Below are positions 17,697 to 26,800 of a stretch of DNA of 64,000 bases, piece by piece. The notes beneath the pieces were generated by a model. That model did not search any database. It saw nothing but the letters and a program-made list of their open reading frames with translations, and was not told where the DNA came from. The position numbers and the translations under genes were made by a program. The number at the start of each line of letters is the position of its first letter. Positions within the stretch are counted from its first letter, which is position 1. This stretch comes from an uncultured Verrucomicrobiota bacterium (lineage in GTDB: Bacteria; Auribacterota; JABMQX01): the NCBI GenBank assembly GCA_964482435.1, contig CAYZXL010000006.1, forward strand, positions 64,661 to 128,660. Reading direction: 5' to 3'.

Positions 17697-18206
17697 ATGA
17701 GCAGGACAAAAGCAGTCGTATTTGCATTGACTCTCGCTATCGCGGCTATCGTTGGCGTCAGCTACCTGACGCCGCTGCTTCGAGGGGAAGAAGCCAGGGG
17801 CCGCACTTCGAGCGTCGGCACCCCGCCAACGGAAGCCTACACGACGTACAACTGGCAGCACGTCCGCATGGATGAAATGGAGCTTAGCAAGCTCGGTGGC
17901 GGCTCTGTTGAAGAGGGGTTGAACGCCCTCGGCGACGAGGGATATGAGTTGTTCATCGTCACGTCTGTAATCGAATCGGGCGGGGCTGGCTATCACTTCT
18001 TCAAGCGTCCTCCCTGGGATAAGCCGTTTCCTCGCTTGAAGCTCGGGTATAAGCGAGCGGATACCAAAGAGATTACGGAGCTGGGTGGCGGTTCGTACAA
18101 GGACGGCTTGACCAAGATGGAGAAAGAGTGGTGGGAACTCGTCGCCGTCACCGTGAAAAAGGATGGCGGCGTCGGATACCACTACTTCATGCGCCCGAAG
18201 CGATGA
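17697..18206 (+). CDS. hypothetical membrane-anchored or secreted protein with an internal ~45-aa duplication
   Basis: The ATG at 17697 is preceded by AGGAGGAGG. There is an N-terminal hydrophobic helix. Two repeats match LGGGSxxxGLxxxxxEGYELxxVTxxxxxGGxGYHxFxRP. Confidence 0.5.
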   Translation: MSRTKAVVFALTLAIAAIVGVSYLTPLLRGEEARGRTSSVGTPPTEAYTTYNWQHVRMDEMELSKLGGGSVEEGLNALGDEGYELFIVTSVIESGGAGYHFFKRPPWDKPFPRLKLGYKRADTKEITELGGGSYKDGLTKMEKEWWELVAVTVKKDGGVGYHYFMRPKR

Positions 18207-18449
18207 TTGTCTTCCTGGCGGCGAGCGAACGGTTCGGGGCATTCACGTCCCCCTTCCGGCACCGCCTTCCAAGCAAGAAGTCCCCAGGAGGTGGGACATT
18301 GGGCTCTGGGGCACCGCGCCGACAGGGCAGTGCCGACCGTGGTGACGAGCGTTAACGCGCCGGCGTCGGCTGGCAGTTCTTCTTCCACCTGAAGGATGAT
18401 CCCCATTCTACCTCGCAGAGACAGCCTGGCCCCTTCACCCTTTTCCGCC

Positions 18450-18487
18450 TTGGAATTGTTCAGTCACCCTGGTATGATCCTTAACAA
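18450..18487 (+). promoter_or_regulatory. candidate sigma70 promoter of bioB: -35 TTGGAA at 18450-18455, a 17-bp spacer, -10 TATGAT at 18473-18478. It is overlapped by the inverted repeat TTGTTCAG-N16-CTTAACAA, a candidate BirA-type bio operator.
   Basis: The hexamers and spacing are read from the sequence. The two inverted-repeat arms share the perfect 8-bp core GAATTGTT/AACAATTC and span the -10 element. The start of bioB is ~45 bp downstream. Confidence 0.3.
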
Positions 18488-18523
18488 TTCAGAAAGCGAG
18501 TTAGGTCTGGGAGGGCGCGACTC

Positions 18524-19651
18524 TTGGAACGCATTCACCAGCTTCCAAAAAGGCTAATCAGTGGGGAACTGCTCTCAAAAGAGGAGGCGCTGGAGCTATG
18601 TCCCGCGGAAGGCGGAATTGACCTTCTGGAGTTGGTGTGGGCGGCGAACCGGGTTCGGGAGCACTTTTTCGGAAAGAGGGTCACCTTCTGCTCGATTATC
18701 AACGCGAAGTCCGGGAGGTGTCCGGCAGACTGTATTTTCTGTGCGCAATCGTCGAGGTATCGCACAGAGATCGAAGTTTATCCGATGATGAAGAAGCCGG
18801 AGCTTTCAGACGCAATAAGGGGAGCGGCTGTTGACGGAGTGGAGCACGTCGGGATTGTGACGAGCGGGGTCAACCCGCCGACGGGGAACGAGCTTGAGGT
18901 GCTCCTCGAATGCGTCGCGGAGGTCCTGAGAGACAGGACGGTCAAGATGTGCTGCTCGCTCGGGCAAATTGACCAAAAGCGCGCGCGGCTCCTCAAGGAA
19001 GCCGGAGTTACGCGGTATCATCACAACCTTGAGACATCGCGCTCCTTCTACAGGAACATCTCGAAGGTGATTGATTATGAGAGCAAGCTCGCCACCGTGC
19101 GGGCGGCGAAGAGCGCTGGACTGGAGACGTGCTGCGGAGGAATTTTCGGCCTTGGCGAGAGATGGGAGGATCGGGTGGACCTGGCGGTGACCGTTCGTGA
19201 GCTCAACGTGGATTCTGTGCCGCTGAACTTTCTGCGACCTGTCAAGGGAACGCCCCTGGGCGAGGCGACGCCCTTGAACCCGCGAGAAGCCCTGCGGATA
19301 ATCGCTCTTGTCCGGCTGCTGCTGCCGGACAAGACGATAAAAGTCTGCGGCGGGCGTGAGTTCGTTCTGCGAGATCTGCAGAGCTGGATGTATCACGCGG
19401 GGGCGAATGGGGCGATTTTAGGCAACTATCTCACGACGCTGGGGAGGCCGCCAGAGGAGGATTTACAGATGGTCAAGGACCTCGGAATGGAGGCCGCAAC
19501 GTGCCGAGAGTCTTCTGTCCTGGCGCGCACGAGTGACCTCGCATCGCAGCTTGAGAAATCTGTCGCGGAGAATCGGGCCTCTCAAAGCCAGCGTAGCGGC
19601 CCGCGCCCAACGGAACCTTCTGCGACTTCTGGACGGAGGCGTCGAGGATGA
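18524..19651 (+). CDS. bioB: biotin synthase (radical SAM)
   Basis: The motifs CPADCIFC (CxxxCxxC) and YHHNLETS are present. The size and family fit BioB. The stop overlaps the fabG start (ATGA). Confidence 0.85.
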   Translation: MERIHQLPKRLISGELLSKEEALELCPAEGGIDLLELVWAANRVREHFFGKRVTFCSIINAKSGRCPADCIFCAQSSRYRTEIEVYPMMKKPELSDAIRGAAVDGVEHVGIVTSGVNPPTGNELEVLLECVAEVLRDRTVKMCCSLGQIDQKRARLLKEAGVTRYHHNLETSRSFYRNISKVIDYESKLATVRAAKSAGLETCCGGIFGLGERWEDRVDLAVTVRELNVDSVPLNFLRPVKGTPLGEATPLNPREALRIIALVRLLLPDKTIKVCGGREFVLRDLQSWMYHAGANGAILGNYLTTLGRPPEEDLQMVKDLGMEAATCRESSVLARTSDLASQLEKSVAENRASQSQRSGPRPTEPSATSGRRRRG

Positions 19652-20382
19652 AAGGCTGGACAGCCATCGTTACAGGCGCTTCACGAGGATTGGGGAAAGC
19701 CATTGCTCTGGCTTTCGCGCGAGAAGGAACAAAGGTCGCATTGATTTGCCGCAGGAATTATGCGGATGCCCGCGATGTTGCTCGGCACATCGAGAGAGAA
19801 GATGGCACGGCGTGGCCTTACGCCTGCGACGTTTCGGATAGCGGCGCCGTCGAGCAGACGGTTGACGACGTGTTTCAGCGTGCAGGGAGCATCGAGGTTC
19901 TGGTGAACAACGCGGGCATATCGCACTCGTCGCTGCTTTTGAAGACGGATGAGGCGACATGGGACGAGGTCGTCGGGACGAATCTGACTGGCGCTTTCAA
20001 CTGCACCAGGGCTGTGATTCGGTACATGCTCAGGGGAGAGAATGGGCGGATCGTCAATGTGGGTTCTGCGTCGGCGATGCGGGGGATGGCGGGGGCGGCT
20101 GCTTACTGCGCCTCGAAGGCGGGTCTGATTGGTCTGACCCTCTCGACAGCGAAGGAGTACGGGCGAAAGAATATTGCCGTCAACGCGATTCTTCCGGGCT
20201 ATATGCCGACTGAAATGGGAGAAGCGATGTCGGCCGACACCAGGGAGGCAATCCTGTCGGAAAACGTTCTCGGCCGAGGCTCGACGGCGGAGGAGGTTGC
20301 TGGATTTGTCGTGCGGCTCGTTCAAATGGATGGAGTCTCGGGACAGGTTTTCAATCTCGACAGCCGTCCGTGGCTAAGGTGA
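19648..20382 (+). CDS. fabG: 3-oxoacyl-[ACP] reductase (SDR family)
   Basis: MKGWTAIVTGASRGLGKAIALAFAREG…NNAG…YCASKAG matches the classic FabG pattern of TGxxxGxG, NNAG and YxxxK. GGAGG lies 9 nt upstream of the ATG. Confidence 0.85.
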   Translation: MKGWTAIVTGASRGLGKAIALAFAREGTKVALICRRNYADARDVARHIEREDGTAWPYACDVSDSGAVEQTVDDVFQRAGSIEVLVNNAGISHSSLLLKTDEATWDEVVGTNLTGAFNCTRAVIRYMLRGENGRIVNVGSASAMRGMAGAAAYCASKAGLIGLTLSTAKEYGRKNIAVNAILPGYMPTEMGEAMSADTREAILSENVLGRGSTAEEVAGFVVRLVQMDGVSGQVFNLDSRPWLR

Positions 20383-20455
20383 AGATTAACCGCAGAGAAC
20401 GCAGAGAACACAGGGACGCGGTCGTTCTTCTGTCTGTGCGTTCTCTCTGACCCCT

Positions 20456-21760
20456 GTGGTGAATGAAGAGATGCGTGAGAGAAAGCGAGTCGTCATAACA
20501 GGCGTTGGGGCGATAACCGCCCTCGGAAGGTCGGCCGCGGAGATGTGGACGAACATCGCCGCGGGGAAAACCGGGGTGCGATACCTCGACGAGAGTTCCT
20601 TCTGCGTGCCGCTGGGGGCGAGACCGGATTATGATGCCATTGCCAGGTTCGGGGAGATGGACCCGTGCTGTGGTCTGGCGCTCCACGCGGCGGAGGAAGC
20701 GGTGAGGGACGCGGGCCTTTCGGAAGATGAAATCCGGAGCATGGATGTCATTTTCGGGACAAGCAAGGGGGGCATCAGGACCTTCGAGGCGGCCAACCGT
20801 TGTCTGCTCTCAGCTTCTCCAGCGTCGGCTCGCTCCGCGCTTTTCTTAGCGGGTGAGCGCGCGGAAAACCGTCATGACGAGAAGGGTAACGGCCAGCGAC
20901 CAGTTTCGCGGTCGTTCCTGGGCGATTTTTTGACCAACGCGGCTTGCAACCGAATTGCAGAGCATTTTGGCTGTCGAGGCGTCAGGCTCAACTTCGTGTC
21001 CGCTTGCGCGACGGGTACACATTCCATTCTCATGGCAGCGAGGCGGGTCGCGCGGAGAAGGTCTAAGATGGTGCTGGCGGGGAGCAGTGAGGCGTCGCTG
21101 ACTCCACTGATAGTGGCGGCGTTCGACAAAATGGGCGTTCTCTCGCACAGGACGGAGGAGCCGTCTGCCGCCGTGAGACCGTACGATGCTCGTCGGGACG
21201 GTTTTGTGATTGGCGAAGGAAGCGGGGCGCTCGTCGTCGAATCGCTGGAATCGGCTCTCTCGCGCGGCGCGAGAATCCGAGCGGAAATAACGGGCTGGGC
21301 TTTCGGGTGCGAGGCTTACCACGTCGCCTCTATGGACCCCAGCGGCGAAAGCGTTGCGTCAGCCATCCGGTCTGCGCTTGAGAAGGCAGGATTGACACCC
21401 AAGGACCTGCACTACGTCAACAGCCACGGTACCGCGACGAGGCAAAACGATGTGGCCGAGACGAGAGCACTCAAGCTCGCTCTGGGCAAAAGCGCGTACG
21501 ACATTCCAATCAGCTCGACGAAACCAATGACCGGTCATCTTCTGGGCGCCACAGGCAGCGTCGAAGCAATCATCACCGTCCTCGCCATCGAGAAGGGCTT
21601 TGTCCCCCCGACGATCAACCTCACCGACCCGGACGCCGAATGCGACTTGAATTACACGCCTCGGGTCGGCCTAAAACGAGAAATCGAGCACGCCCTGACT
21701 CTCAACTACGGCTTCGGCGGCCAGATCGCTGGCATCATTATCAGCGAGCATCACGCATGA
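20456..21760 (+). CDS. beta-ketoacyl-[ACP] synthase of the KAS I/II (FabB/FabF) type, with a ~35-aa insertion
   Basis: The active-site Cys is in FVSACATGTHSI. The two His residues are in YVNSHGTATRQND and SSTKPMTGHLLGATG. The start is either the GTG at 20456 or the ATG at 20471. Confidence 0.8.
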   Translation: MVNEEMRERKRVVITGVGAITALGRSAAEMWTNIAAGKTGVRYLDESSFCVPLGARPDYDAIARFGEMDPCCGLALHAAEEAVRDAGLSEDEIRSMDVIFGTSKGGIRTFEAANRCLLSASPASARSALFLAGERAENRHDEKGNGQRPVSRSFLGDFLTNAACNRIAEHFGCRGVRLNFVSACATGTHSILMAARRVARRRSKMVLAGSSEASLTPLIVAAFDKMGVLSHRTEEPSAAVRPYDARRDGFVIGEGSGALVVESLESALSRGARIRAEITGWAFGCEAYHVASMDPSGESVASAIRSALEKAGLTPKDLHYVNSHGTATRQNDVAETRALKLALGKSAYDIPISSTKPMTGHLLGATGSVEAIITVLAIEKGFVPPTINLTDPDAECDLNYTPRVGLKREIEHALTLNYGFGGQIAGIIISEHHA

Positions 21761-21825
21761 CCGAACGAGACAGTGGGCATGGCGCCGACCATGGGAGCGT
21801 AAAAGAACATTGCACGCGGCTCCCG

Positions 21826-22809
21826 TCACCTGGGAGGCGTCTCCGGTGCGGCGACTGCGCTCTGAAGCACCTCGGTTAGCTGGTTCCACCTTTTCGCGGC
21901 GAGGTCCCTGTCAGGCGAGCGAGGCGGGGTCACGCCGGGAAAGAAGTAGAACCTGTTAGGCTTTCGGTGGGAGCTGAAGCCCACGACGTTAGAACTGTAA
22001 ACGGAAATCGCGTCCGACAGAAGTATCGTGTTCGTTTTGAACTCGTGATATTCGACCAGCGTTGGATAGTGAGAAAAAATGACCGTGGTGTGCATCAGCA
22101 GCGGTGGGTCGAGAAGAAGAATCGCGCCAGTGGTTTCCCGGAGGTAAGTCTCCGGGGTCGCCTCGCCCTCGTAGAAGGAGTCGGTTATCTTCCATCCGAG
22201 GCTTCCGCAGCAGGACGTATCCACCAGCTCAAGGAATCCGTTGACCGCAGCAAGGACACCTTCTGCTCGGGGGTTCGAGCGCCGAAACATTCGTTGAACG
22301 CCACCCGCAAAGCAGGCGAGCTCTCGAACGGACTCGGGCGGTATCTGAATCGGCCTGATGCGGCACTGCTCAGAAGCGCGGATCGCATTCAGGACCTTGC
22401 CCAGTGCTGCCGCGCGGTAGAACCTTCGTTCGCCGAACCAGTATTTCCGGTGTCCCCAGAAGTAGTATGCATCTCCTTTTCCAATTCCAATCTGCCCATA
22501 GCGAATCACAAGCGGCGGACCTCGACGAAAGTGGAGGATTATTTCCTGGTCCCAGTCGATTCCATATTTAATCCAACTGCGGGCGCTGCTGAGCGCCCGG
22601 ACCAGGCGTTTAAGCAACGCAGGCTCTTTTCCGGCGAGAACCTCGCACGCTTCATTTGGGAGGACCGCGGCGACGGCATCGTCCGGGTCAACGTGCCTTT
22701 CGCGCGAGTACCTTGGCCAGAGAAGCCGGTCCGCCAGAACCACTGCCGCAACGAGAATCAGCACGCGAATGAGCTGACGCCGTTTTCCCGACGTGCGTTT
22801 CCGCATGGC
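21826..22809 (-). CDS. hypothetical single-pass membrane protein
   Basis: MRKRTSGKRRQLIRVLILVAAVVLADRLLW… gives a positively charged N-terminus followed by one TM helix. I recognise no family. The call is based on ORF length and position. Confidence 0.35.
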   Translation of the reverse strand, partial: AMRKRTSGKRRQLIRVLILVAAVVLADRLLWPRYSRERHVDPDDAVAAVLPNEACEVLAGKEPALLKRLVRALSSARSWIKYGIDWDQEIILHFRRGPPLVIRYGQIGIGKGDAYYFWGHRKYWFGERRFYRAAALGKVLNAIRASEQCRIRPIQIPPESVRELACFAGGVQRMFRRSNPRAEGVLAAVNGFLELVDTSCCGSLGWKITDSFYEGEATPETYLRETTGAILLLDPPLLMHTTVIFSHYPTLVEYHEFKTNTILLSDAISVYSSNVVGFSSHRKPNRFYFFPGVTPPRSPDRDLAAKRWNQLTEVLQSAVAAPETPPR

Positions 22810-22958
22810 GTTGTCCTGAACTCTTTGCTCGTCCCGTTTCACTACGCCGAGCAAAATGGTTCCAGTCGCGGAGGCAAGCGCAAAGAGACGCCTTCCACGG
22901 TTGCGTTTGCGTGTGCCTGTCGTGCCAAAAAGAGGGGAGGCGAACTGAGCAGAGACAA

Positions 22959-23708
22959 TCAGAAGGAGACGCCCAGCCCAAATATCACGTGGTTCGATTC
23001 GAAAGAGGTAAACGCCGTTCCGTGTGGGACGTCCACCTCAGCATCCACGTACGTCCTCTTGTACTCAACGAATCCGAAGACATGGCGGGAAAACGAGGCC
23101 TCGCATCCGACGCCCACCCCGAACCCAACGCCATTGGTCTCATAATGAGATAGAGCTTCCCCCTCGATCACGCTCTCCGGATGGGGAATCGTTGGGCCTA
23201 CGCCGACCCGAGCAACCAACCGTACCGTGCCAACAGGATTCGCCTCGCTCCGTCCGATGAGGCCGAGCCGGCCGACGACGTTCAAAAGGGCAAAATTCAC
23301 CCCGTGGGAGACCTCGAAATGCTGAACGATTTCCTCCATCGGAACCTCCGCGCGGACCGGAATTCCATGGAGTGTCCCCGAAACCGAAACGGTGCGTTCG
23401 GTTTCGGCAATCGCCTTCAAATGGATGAACTCGCCCTCCAATCCGAGGAGAGGGAACGAGTTAAAGAAATAACCCAGCCTGACGCCGTAATAGATCGGCC
23501 CCTCGAACGATTGGTCATCCCAGTGGACGCGGCGGAAGCTCAAGTCCGTCCCGACGGAGGGCTGGCGGATTTGGACGTCCGAGTCTTGCGTCCAGGCTTC
23601 CCCTCCGTAAAACGATGCCGTCCACTCCGCACCCGTCGGCAGATGACAGGCGATGACAAAGGCGAGCGTCGCGAAAATCCGACTCATGGTCGCCAAGTCG
23701 CGGCTCAT
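22959..23708 (-). CDS. small outer-membrane beta-barrel protein (OmpW/OmpA-like)
   Basis: The signal peptide is MSRIFATLAFVIACHLPTGA. The alternating beta-strand pattern is rich in Gly and aromatic residues. The C-terminus …HVIFGLGVSF ends in an aromatic residue, as in the OMP beta-signal. It lies 120 bp downstream of giant gene 1 on the same strand. Confidence 0.55.
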   Translation of the reverse strand: MSRDLATMSRIFATLAFVIACHLPTGAEWTASFYGGEAWTQDSDVQIRQPSVGTDLSFRRVHWDDQSFEGPIYYGVRLGYFFNSFPLLGLEGEFIHLKAIAETERTVSVSGTLHGIPVRAEVPMEEIVQHFEVSHGVNFALLNVVGRLGLIGRSEANPVGTVRLVARVGVGPTIPHPESVIEGEALSHYETNGVGFGVGVGCEASFSRHVFGFVEYKRTYVDAEVDVPHGTAFTSFESNHVIFGLGVSF

Positions 23709-23827
23709 CTTCTATGACCTCTGCTCTTGTCGAGAAGAAAGACCATCCACGCCTTCTTCCCGCGGAAGGGGCGGGACACACTGGCTCCTTCACCGTGCGA
23801 CCGGCTCGTTGGAACCGGCGTGGGCTG

Positions 23828-26800
23828 CTACGGCGCCATCACCCTGTAATAGCGCTTCTTGACGCCGGAAACATCCTCACTGGTCCAGCTGGTGGCCGTT
23901 GTGGGCCAGGTGCCGGGAGCGTTTGCCCATGTCCCGCTCACCAGGTCATCCCTCTGCTGCACCGTGTACTGGCCGCCTCCGAAGGCCGTCCAGCTCAAAG
24001 ACACCGCGTTTCCAACCTTGCCGATGTTAGGTTTCGGCGTCGGGCGAACAACCCTTTCGCCAGAGAGCTGAACCTGGTCAATAGCGAACCAGTAATCCCA
24101 CTTGGCGTCGTAGAAATGCCAGCTCAGCCTGATCTTCCTCCCGCCATATGCAGAAAGGTCCAACAGCTCAGGGCTGCTGTCGGTGCCAGTGGTGGTCGTC
24201 CTGTCCCAGCGACGCAGGTTGACCCAGTTGCCCCATACTCCGTTCTCGAAGACCTGAATGCCCACCTCCGCAACCTGGAGATGGTCAAGGTCCTCATATG
24301 CACGGTAGTTCTTGTTGAAGCTCAGCCTCAGCTTCATGTGGTTGGTGCAGTCAATGTCCTCGCTGACGAGCCTTTCATCCAAAAGCGCATCCGGGGCAAG
24401 GTCGCTGTCGGTAATCATGTACTTGTCGTACATCCCGACCAGATTGGGGTCCTGGTTGTTCAGCAGCGGTCCTTCCGTGTCCCACAGCCGCCATGCCGCG
24501 TCCGCATACCCGGAGCCGTTCTCGATAGTCCAGCCACCAGCCTTCACGTCAGCGTCCGTGCTGTAGGTGTCGAAAGTGTCGGACCAGATGACCTCTCTCG
24601 TCGGAGGCGTCCAGCCGAAACCGACACCAATCTTGTCGAAATTGAACACATCCTGGTCGGGGATTGGTCCCTGGGCTTCGACCCTGAGGAAATGTTCACC
24701 GGTGTCTTTCTCTTCGAACTGGTCGAAAACGACGTACGTGTACAACTGCCACTGCCCGGTGGGGAAGGTGGAGAAGGTCGCAGCTCCGACCGGAGCCTCG
24801 TCCCAATAGGCCGCGATGGTAGCCAGAGACTGCCCCGTCGCAACTCGGAAAACGAGCTTTATCCAACCCGGCTGCGTTACGTTGAACCCGTAGCGCCACC
24901 AGCTTCCCGGCCTGATCCATCCAACGTTGGTGTGGTAAACGTCAGTTGTGCCGTAGTCGAGGACGGTCTCGATCCCAACCGCATCAAGCGGCCGGTACGT
25001 ATTCGTACCTGTTTTGTTCGGATGCCAGAAGTCGTACTGTTGCGGTGTGCCTATGTCGGTCGCCGACGGAGCTTCAATTGCGGGTATTGCCGTCCCTTTC
25101 ACCCACGGATACATCCCTCCGCCGAAGTTGAAATCTTCCGCTTCCCTGATCGTCATCGCCGGAAGCGCCGCCTCCGCCGTCGGCTCAGAGGCAGGACCTT
25201 CGGCTCCGACTGCGTTAAACGCCGATATTTTGTAACTGTAAGTGTTTCCGGAACTGACCGAGGTGTCCATGTAAGTGGTTCCGCTCAACGTGGCGATGAG
25301 CTCCCACGAGCCACTGTTAACGCTCCGGTAAACGTTGTAGCCCGCGACCCCTTCCTGCCCGGGGGCGCTCCAGCTCAGGTGAGTCACGAGGAGCATCTCC
25401 GCATCCACGTTCACTGGCGCGGAAGGTAGCTCGTAAATCATCTGATCGCCGCCGACGGGCTGGTTGGTGACCAAGCCGTACGACAGCGTTCCCGAGAATC
25501 CGACAGTCCCGGCCTGCGACGCCGGAACGCCAAGAGAGTAGGAAAGAACCCGGCTCGTAACCTGGGCGCCGCTGAAGGTCCACGTGATGAACCCACCGGC
25601 CGCCGTGCCGCCCGGCGAGACAGAAACAACCGTGAAATCGCCCGCGGGGATTTGCTCCCTGAGCGTGACGCTGCTCGGAGGCGTCCCCGGTTCGACGTGG
25701 ACGTATATCTCGCCGTTGACGTTCGTCCCCGCCTGATAGCTCGTCGGGAGAACGCGCGCCGTCTTCACCGGAGTGGGCGGGTAGGCCGTGATTGCCAAGA
25801 TATTGAACCTGTTGTCAGCGCTTGGCGCCCCAATTGTGCTGTCGGGGTCGCTCTCCATGAAGACGATGTCGGTCAGCGTCCTGTTGGTCTGCGCCGCGCC
25901 AAACTCAAACGCGAACAGGCCAAAGTCGGAGGTTGCTGTACCGGTTGCCCGCATCATCCCACCGATGGCGAGCGTTAACGGCGCTGGCGGCGTCCTCGGC
26001 GGAGAACCCAGATACCAGTCCTGCGAAAGGAGCAGGAACTCCTGCGTGGAAAGGTCGTTATAGACAAGCTGAACCTTCAGCTTGTCGGTTGCGCTTCCGC
26101 CGTAGCCGTTGCCGGCGCCGGTCAGGAATCGCAGCCTCTCGAACACGCCCTGCTGACCGGCCAAAGAGAACGTCGTGTCGCCATCGTCCAAAAAGACGGA
26201 AAACATGTTGACGGCGTCGAAGTCACCCAACTGGAAGTCCTGAACTTTCTTGTCAGAGGGGAGTCCCGGCCAGCCGCTGAACCCGTTCTCGATGAGGCAG
26301 TCTCCCCCATTGTCGAAGCCGTCTCCGGGCTGAGTTCCCACCGCGAGGCTCCGGATTCCATCGCGGTTGAAGATGCTGGTCATGTCTAACTTCCTCGCTT
26401 CGATACCACCATCGCGATCGAGGACCAGTATATTCAGCGTCGCCGTCGCGCTGTGCTGCCCCGCGCCATTGTCCACCGTGAACTCAAACGTCAGCGTTGT
26501 GTCCACAAAGACCGGCACTGCCCGGAACGTGGTGTTCGCCTGAGTGTCGTTGGCTATGTTCACTGTCGGCCCTGCTATCTGCTTCCACTTGAAGTTCATG
26601 CCGTGGACTGTTCCCCCGCCTACGAGATGAGCCTCTGCTCCCTCCTGGACCACCGTGTCTGTTCCTGCCGTACTGATGATCACGGCGTCGGCGTCAACCA
26701 CCGTTATGACGACAGGGGCTGAGGAGCTGCGCGACTGGCTGTCCGTTACCGTCAACCGGAAAACGAAATCCGTATTCCCGATGATTATCGGCGGGCCGGA

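Noticed and set aside
21967-23145. 392-aa plus-strand ORF
   Set aside because: It is antisense to the hypothetical membrane protein and the OMP gene. Its amino-acid composition is Arg/Pro-rich and it lacks an RBS. It is spurious.
23709-23827. Possible terminator hairpin after giant gene 1 (CTTCC-CGC-GGAAG region)
   Set aside because: The stem is only ~5 bp and there is no U-tract. It is not convincing. Read-through into the OMP gene seems more likely.
23714-25429. 571-aa plus-strand ORF; also 29242-30315 (357 aa) and 31468-32409 (313 aa)
   Set aside because: All three lie antisense within the two giant adhesin genes. The sense frames have recognisable lectin, PKD and discoidin homology.
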